From an uncultured Actinomycetota bacterium (GTDB lineage Bacteria > Actinomycetota > Actinomycetes > Mycobacteriales > Mycobacteriaceae): a stretch of 64,000 bases of DNA. The DNA lies in assembly GCA_963707745.1 (NCBI GenBank), contig CAVPRG010000002.1, forward strand, positions 8,833-72,832, written 5' to 3'. Below, piece after piece: positions 58,929 through 64,000 of the stretch (its first letter is position 1; every line of letters begins with the position of its first letter). Below the pieces are notes generated by a model. The model did not search any database. It saw nothing but the letters and a program-made list of their open reading frames with translations, and was not told the DNA's origin. Position numbers and translations under genes: made by a program.

Positions 58929-59996
58929 GTGGCCGGCGAGTCAAAAGCGAAAGTCATTCCGCTGCACTCGAATTCGGGCCGTTCCTCGGCTCAGCGACGC
59001 GCAGCCGCGCGAGCGGAGAGTTCGCGCCGACATCCGTCGCTGCTGTCCGACCCCGGATCCCGGGCATCGGCCGAGCAGCTGGCCGACGTAGTCCGCGAGA
59101 TCGACAAGCGCCGCAGTTCCGCTGGCGGATCCGCTCAGTCCGACGAGGGCCCCAACGAACTGGCGCAACGGATCGCCGCCATGGCCGAGTTCGTCCGCAA
59201 GCGGATGGCCGGCGACTACACGGTCGACGAGTTCGGCTTCGATCGGCACCTCAATGAAGCAATCTTCCTTCCTTTGCTGAGAGGACTTTTCAAGCACTGG
59301 TTCCGAGTGGAGGTCAGCGGGATCGAGCACCTGCCCGCGGAGGGGGCCGCGCTGGTCGTCGCCAACCATGCGGGCGTGCTTCCGTTCGACGGGCTGATGG
59401 CCTCGGTCGCGGTGCACGACGAGCATCCCGCCAAGCGCGACCTCAGGTTGCTGGCCGCCGACATGCTCTTCGACATGCCCATGCTCGGCCAGGCGGCACG
59501 CAAGGCCGGCCACACCATGGCGTGCACGGCCGATGCGCATCGGCTCTTGGCTGCCGGCGAGCTGACGGCCGTGTTCCCCGAGGGGTACAAGGGGTTGGGC
59601 AAGCGCTTCCGGGACCGCTACAAGCTGCAGCGGTTCGGCCGTGGCGGGTTCGTGTCAGCAGCACTACAAGCAAAGGCACCCATCATCCCGTGCTCGATCG
59701 TCGGGTCGGAGGAGATCTACCCGATGCTCACCGACGTGAAGTTGCTGGCCCGGTTGCTGGGGTTGCCGTACTTCCCGGTGACACCGTTGTTCCCGCTGGC
59801 CGGGCCGGTCGGGCTCGTCCCGCTGCCGTCGAAGTGGCACATCCAGTTCGGTGAGCCGATCTCCACCGAGAGCTACGACGAATACGCCGCCGAGGATCCG
59901 ATGATCACCTTCGAATTGACCGACCAGATCCGCGAGACCATCCAGCAGACGCTCTACCAACTGCTGACCAACCGCAGGAACATGTTCATGGGCTGA
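58929..59996 (+). CDS. Lysophospholipid / 1-acyl-sn-glycerol-3-phosphate acyltransferase family protein (Rv0502-like)
   Basis: VVANHAGVLPFD (HX4D block), FPEGYKG, and PIIPCSIVGSEE. Confidence 0.87.
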   Translation: MAGESKAKVIPLHSNSGRSSAQRRAAARAESSRRHPSLLSDPGSRASAEQLADVVREIDKRRSSAGGSAQSDEGPNELAQRIAAMAEFVRKRMAGDYTVDEFGFDRHLNEAIFLPLLRGLFKHWFRVEVSGIEHLPAEGAALVVANHAGVLPFDGLMASVAVHDEHPAKRDLRLLAADMLFDMPMLGQAARKAGHTMACTADAHRLLAAGELTAVFPEGYKGLGKRFRDRYKLQRFGRGGFVSAALQAKAPIIPCSIVGSEEIYPMLTDVKLLARLLGLPYFPVTPLFPLAGPVGLVPLPSKWHIQFGEPISTESYDEYAAEDPMITFELTDQIRETIQQTLYQLLTNRRNMFMG

Positions 59997-60119
59997 GCCC
60001 AGCCGCAGCTTCCCGCGACCAGACGCAAACCCCCCAAATGCCGGGCGACGTTTGCGTGTGCTCGCGGGGTTCACCACGCGCGAACGGAGACACGCCGAAA
60101 TCGCCTGGCGTAACTCAAC

Positions 60120-60650
60120 TTACGAGTTTTGCCCAGCAACCATTCTCGCGATGGCTGCATCGCGGGCCGCCGCGATCTGTGCGGTGACCTCGTCGGCCTG
60201 GTCGGGGTGTTCGGCTTCGCCGAGGATGGTCACGATGCTCGTCAGTACCGGATTGCCGTCGTCATCGGTGACCTCGCCGCGCACCTCGGTGAGAATCGCG
60301 CCGTGCGACTCGATGACCGAATCCAGGTAGGAGTCGAACCACAACTTGTCGCCGGCGACGATGGGCCGGTGAAAGATCAACTTCTGGTCGCGATGTAGCA
60401 CCCGCTCCATGTTCACCGGGACGTCGAACTGGTTGAAGATCTCCAGCTGCACCCGGCGCCCCGCGACCGCGACGAACGTCAGCGACGCGATCAGGGAGTC
60501 GTAGCCGCACTCCTTGGCGGCGTCCTCGCTGTAGTGGGCGGGGTGGTCGTCCTTGACCGCTCTCGCAAACTCACGCACCTTCTCGCGGTCCACCTCGAAG
60601 TAGTCCGGATAGCGGTAGTGGGTTCCGATGATGTCTTGGGCGATGCTCAT
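60120..60650 (-). CDS. hadD: MaoC-like (R)-specific hydratase/dehydratase (HadD / Rv0504c-like)
   Basis: Start [32 protein letters not shown] at 60650. Hotdog fold. Conserved position next to serB1. Confidence 0.8.
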   Translation of the reverse strand: MSIAQDIIGTHYRYPDYFEVDREKVREFARAVKDDHPAHYSEDAAKECGYDSLIASLTFVAVAGRRVQLEIFNQFDVPVNMERVLHRDQKLIFHRPIVAGDKLWFDSYLDSVIESHGAILTEVRGEVTDDDGNPVLTSIVTILGEAEHPDQADEVTAQIAAARDAAIARMVAGQNS

Positions 60651-60766
60651 GGTCGGACTTGCTCCCCGTCGAACTCTTCCTGGGTGTGGCTGAGGCATTC
60701 ATGCGCGTCACCCAGCGGCGCCGAGCCTATCAGTGCAGCGGTCGTGCTCCGCTCGTCCGCGCCGCC

Positions 60767-61651
60767 TCAACGACCGCCCTGACGGCGCGAAACGACGGCG
60801 GCCAGGGCGCCACCTGCGGCGCCGAGAGCCAATGCCGACGGCACTCCAATGCGCGCCGCCTTGCGGGCGGTGCGGAAGTCGCGGATCTCCCATCCCCGTT
60901 GGCGGGCGACGTCGCGCAGCGCGGCGTCCGGGTTGATCGCGACGGCGGTCCCTACGAGCGACAGCATCGGCACGTCGTTGAAGCTGTCGGAATAGGCGGT
61001 GCACCGCTTCAGGTTGAGGCCCTCGCGGATGGCCAGAGAGCGCACGGCGTGGGCCTTGCCCACGCCGTGCAGGACGTCGCCGACCAGCCGACCCGTGAAG
61101 ACGCCGTCGACGGATTCGGCCACGGTGCCCAGCGCGCCGGTCAGCCCGAGCTTGCGGGCGATGGTGGCGGCGAGCTCGTAGGGCGTCGCCGTGACGAGCC
61201 ACACCTGTTGGCCGGCATCGAGGTGCATCTGCGCGAGCGCACGAGTGCCCGGCCAGATCTTGTCGGCGATGATCTCGTCGTAGATCTCTTCGCCGACGGC
61301 GACGAGCTCGGAGGTCTCGCGGCCCTCGATGAAGGCCAGCGCCTTGCGCCGACCCGCGGCGACGTCGTCGCTGTTCTCCTTGCCGGTTAGCTGAAACTTG
61401 GCTTGTGCGTATCCAAATCGCGCGAGGTCGCCATATGTGAAGAACTTCCGGGCCGCCAGCCCCCGCGCGAAGTGCACCAGCGACGAGCCCTGCACCAGGG
61501 TGTTGTCGACGTCGAAGAACGCCGCTGCGGTGAGATCGGGCGGCGGAGCGGGCGGGGGACCCGACGCCTCGGCGACGATGCCATGCTCGTCGACCAGGAC
61601 CTCGGCGTCGGCGTCCATATTGGGATCGGCGACAGCCCCGGACTCGGACAC
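60767..61651 (-). CDS. serB1: HAD-IB family phosphoserine phosphatase-like hydrolase (SerB1, Rv0505c-like)
   Basis: [11 protein letters not shown] (DxDxT), VTATP, and [11 protein letters not shown]. Confidence 0.88.
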   Translation of the reverse strand: MSESGAVADPNMDADAEVLVDEHGIVAEASGPPPAPPPDLTAAAFFDVDNTLVQGSSLVHFARGLAARKFFTYGDLARFGYAQAKFQLTGKENSDDVAAGRRKALAFIEGRETSELVAVGEEIYDEIIADKIWPGTRALAQMHLDAGQQVWLVTATPYELAATIARKLGLTGALGTVAESVDGVFTGRLVGDVLHGVGKAHAVRSLAIREGLNLKRCTAYSDSFNDVPMLSLVGTAVAINPDAALRDVARQRGWEIRDFRTARKAARIGVPSALALGAAGGALAAVVSRRQGGR

Positions 61652-61694
61652 GTATCAACAGTAGGTCACGGAATACTGGTCGCAGATGGGCACT

Positions 61695-61916
61695 CGGCGG
61701 GCAGGAGCGTAGCGACATGGGGAACCAGCATCGGCGGGCAGGAGCGTAGCGACATGGGGAACCAGCATCGGCGGGCAGGAGCGTAGCGACATGGGGAACC
61801 AGCATCGGCGGGCAGGAGCGTAGCGACATGGGGAACCAGCTTCGGCGGGCAGGAGCGTAGCGACATGGGGAACCAGCTTCGGCGGGCAGGAGCGTAGCGA
61901 CATGGGGAACCAGCAC
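61695..61916 (+). repeat. 6 x 37-bp perfect-period tandem repeat. Each unit is an SD + ATG + 10-codon mini-ORF, and the last unit supplies the start of the glutaredoxin-like gene
   Basis: Units of CGGCGGGCAGGAGCGTAGCGACATGGGGAACCAGC(AT/TT/AC) start at 61695, 61732, 61769, 61806, 61843 and 61880. Confidence 0.95.
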
Positions 61917-62165
61917 AGCGTGATCTTGCTGACACGCGCCGGGTGCGGCCTGTGTGACCGGGCGAAGGACCAGTTGACCCACCTGTCGAAGGAGCTCGGC
62001 TTCGACCTCGGTACCACGGACGTGGACGCCGCGGCGGCCGCCGGAGACCCTGCGATGCGGACCGAGTACGGCGACCGGCTGCCCGTCGTGCTGCTCGACG
62101 GGCGGGAGCACAGCTACTGGGAGGTCGACGAGGCCCGGCTGCGCACCGATCTGGGTGCTAAGTAG
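61902..62165 (+). CDS. Glutaredoxin-like protein (DUF836, Rv0508-like)
   Basis: 87 aa with a CGLC redox motif (VILLTRAGCGLCDRA). Directly upstream of hemA. Confidence 0.85.
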   Translation: MGNQHSVILLTRAGCGLCDRAKDQLTHLSKELGFDLGTTDVDAAAAAGDPAMRTEYGDRLPVVLLDGREHSYWEVDEARLRTDLGAK

Positions 62166-62229
62166 GTGCACAGCAAATTTGGTAGGCGGGCTGGTGAACG
62201 GCTACCTTTGACGACGTGGTGAAGAGGCC

Positions 62230-63588
62230 ATGAGCGTTCTGCTTTTCGGGGTTTCGCACCGCAGCGCGCCGGTATCCGTCCTGGAACAGTTGAGCACCGA
62301 CGAGTCCGATCAAGCGAAGATCGTCGACCAGGTGCTCCAATCGTCGCTGGTCACTGAGGCGATGGTGCTGTCGACCTGCAACCGCGTCGAGGTGTACGCG
62401 GTGGTCGAGGCCTTCCACGGCGGCCTGTCGGTCATCGGTTCGGTGCTCTCCGAGCACTCCGGCATGTCGTTGGGTGATCTCACCAAATACGCCTACGTGC
62501 GCTACGCCGAGGCCGCCGTCGAGCACCTTTTCGCCGTGGCCAGCGGGCTGGATTCCGCGGTGATCGGTGAGCAGCAGGTACTCGGCCAGGTCCGCCGCGC
62601 GTACGCCGCCGCCGAGGCCAACCACACCGTCGGGCGCACCCTGCACGAGCTCGCGCAGCGGGCGCTGTCGGTGGGCAAGCGGGTGCACTCCGAGACCGGG
62701 ATCGACGCCGCGGGCGCCTCCGTGGTGTCAGTGGCGCTGGACATGGCCAATGCCAAGCTCCCCGGCGGGCTGGCGGCACGCACGGCCACCGTCGTCGGCG
62801 CCGGGTCCATGGGCGCGCTGGCATCCGCGCACCTGGTGCGGGCGGGCATCGGCCACGTGCACGTCGTGAACCGCTCGTTGCCGCGCGCCGAACGTCTTGC
62901 GCAGAACCTGCGCGACGAGGGCGTCGAGGCCGACGCCCACGTGCTCGACGACATCGCCGGAACCCTCGCCGACGCCGACGTCGTGGTGAGTTGCACGGGC
63001 GCCGTGCGGCCAGTGGTGTCACTTGCCGACGCGCACCGTGGACTGACCGGGCGCTCCGAATACCGCCAGCTGGTGATCTGTGACCTGGGCATGCCCCGCG
63101 ACGTCGACCCCGCCGTGGCAGGCCTGCCCGGCGTGTACGTCGTCGACATGGACCGCATCCAGCGCGAACCCACCGCTAGCGCCGCCGCCTCCGACGCCGA
63201 AGCCGCCCGGGCGATCGTCGCCACCGAAGTCGCCAACTATCTGGCGGGCCAGCGGATGGCCGAGGTGACGCCCACGGTGACGGCGTTGCGCCAGCGCGCC
63301 GCCGACGTCGTCGAGGCCGAACTGCTGCGCCTGGACAATCGCCTGCCGGGCCTTGAGGCCACCCAGCGCGACGAGGTCGCCCGCACCGTGCGCCGCGTCG
63401 TCGACAAGCTCCTGCACGCGCCGACGGTGCGCGTCAAGCAACTGGCCAGCGCACCGGGCGGGGACAGCTACGCCGAGGCGTTGCGTGAACTGTTCGAGCT
63501 CGACCCGCAGGCGGTCGACGCCGTAGCTGGCGGTGAATTGCCGTTGGTGACAAGCGATTCCCGGCTGGATCTCGACGGGACCGAGTAA
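62230..63588 (+). CDS. hemA: Glutamyl-tRNA reductase
   Basis: [29 protein letters not shown] (catalytic Cys), and GAGSMG. Confidence 0.96.
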   Translation: MSVLLFGVSHRSAPVSVLEQLSTDESDQAKIVDQVLQSSLVTEAMVLSTCNRVEVYAVVEAFHGGLSVIGSVLSEHSGMSLGDLTKYAYVRYAEAAVEHLFAVASGLDSAVIGEQQVLGQVRRAYAAAEANHTVGRTLHELAQRALSVGKRVHSETGIDAAGASVVSVALDMANAKLPGGLAARTATVVGAGSMGALASAHLVRAGIGHVHVVNRSLPRAERLAQNLRDEGVEADAHVLDDIAGTLADADVVVSCTGAVRPVVSLADAHRGLTGRSEYRQLVICDLGMPRDVDPAVAGLPGVYVVDMDRIQREPTASAAASDAEAARAIVATEVANYLAGQRMAEVTPTVTALRQRAADVVEAELLRLDNRLPGLEATQRDEVARTVRRVVDKLLHAPTVRVKQLASAPGGDSYAEALRELFELDPQAVDAVAGGELPLVTSDSRLDLDGTE

Positions 63589-63592
63589 GCGC

Positions 63593-64000
63593 TTGCCCAC
63601 CACCTCATCGTCTTCGCGCGACAGGGTCATCCGGATCGGCACCAGGGGAAGCCTGCTGGCGACCACCCAGGCCGGCACCATCAAGGCGGCCATCGAGGCC
63701 AACGGGCACGCGGCCGAACTCGTCCTCATCGTCACTGACGGCGACCGGTCCAGTGATCCCATCGCCGAGATCGGCGTCGGTGTGTTCACCGCCGCATTGC
63801 GTGAAGCCATCGCCGAAGGCACGGTCGACATGGCGGTGCACTCGTACAAGGATTTGCCCACGGCGACCGACGACCGGTTCGTGATCGCCGCCGTTCCCCG
63901 GCGTGAAGACCCGCGTGACGCGCTGGTGGCCCGCGACGGAATGGTGCTCGGAGAGTTGCCCGCGGGGTCGGTGATCGGCACGTCGAGCCCGCGGCGGGCC
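63593..64000 (+). CDS. hemC: Porphobilinogen deaminase (hydroxymethylbilane synthase), 3' end cut by the window edge
   Basis: The frame is open to the window end: [16 protein letters not shown]...[11 protein letters not shown]...[10 protein letters not shown]. The only in-frame start candidate upstream is the TTG at 63593, so the start is uncertain. Confidence 0.88.
   Translation, partial: MPTTSSSSRDRVIRIGTRGSLLATTQAGTIKAAIEANGHAAELVLIVTDGDRSSDPIAEIGVGVFTAALREAIAEGTVDMAVHSYKDLPTATDDRFVIAAVPRREDPRDALVARDGMVLGELPAGSVIGTSSPRRA

Noticed and set aside
60023-60057. ACGCAAAC...GTTTGCGT inverted repeat between the convergent acyltransferase and hadD-like genes
   Set aside because: The 8-bp stem has a 19-nt loop and no U-tract. 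It is plausible but unconvincing without transcript-end data.
63591-63625. Partial resemblance of the hemA-hemC spacer (AGCGCTTGC... and ...TCTTCGCGCG) to the 22-nt cassette and its complement
   Set aside because: Only 9-mers match and they are not contiguous. This is within chance for GC-rich sequence.

Overview
High-GC actinobacterial chromosome, clearly a Mycobacterium and most likely a non-tuberculous species. The backbone follows the gene order I remember for M. tuberculosis H37Rv Rv0465c to Rv0510: ramB, acyl-ACP thioesterase, icl, fadB2, umaA-like, TetR, DUF445, XRE, hbhA, deoC, a CN-hydrolase, then murB, lprQ, an SDR, a ROK regulator, mshA, gpm1, senX3-regX3, ppx1, proC, bS22, galE2-like, an acyltransferase, hadD-like, serB1, a glutaredoxin-like gene, hemA and hemC. 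Several H37Rv genes are missing: pcaA, Rv0492c-0494, cmaA2 and mmpS2/L2. The left edge carries a sugar ABC transporter, a DeoR regulator and a CMD-family gene. About 24.5 kb of extra DNA (16.6-41.1 kb) sits between the CN-hydrolase and the murB-adjacent DUF2505 gene. This insert holds a FadD/SDR/CaiB/DUF35/thiolase-like cluster, six translationally coupled mce genes with no yrbE permease or mas genes, and an eight-gene coupled operon (aldehyde dehydrogenase, amidohydrolase, SDR, P450, F420-type nitroreductase-family protein, TetR, P450, secreted protein). It also holds a decayed cytochrome oxidase subunit III-like remnant and a second, paralogous TetR gene. No rRNA, tRNA, CRISPR array, transposase, integrase or recognisable defence system was seen. 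The most unusual signals are two families of MIRU-like tandem repeats whose units are Shine-Dalgarno + ATG + mini-ORF cassettes chained onto real start codons. One is a 37-bp x6 array ahead of the glutaredoxin-like/hemA genes. The other has a 22-nt core, ATGAGCGCTTGCGCGAAGAGC, present seven times within 8 kb plus a related gene 5' end, both intergenic and in-frame inside CDSs. A second theme is the high number of single-base frame disruptions: PPK2, fadD, SDR, thiolase-like, mceA, mceE, and a compensating pair in the Rv0497-like gene. These are either real pseudogenes or assembly indels, and I cannot tell which from the sequence alone. All homology calls come from reading the translations and from remembered family motifs. 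No database search was run.
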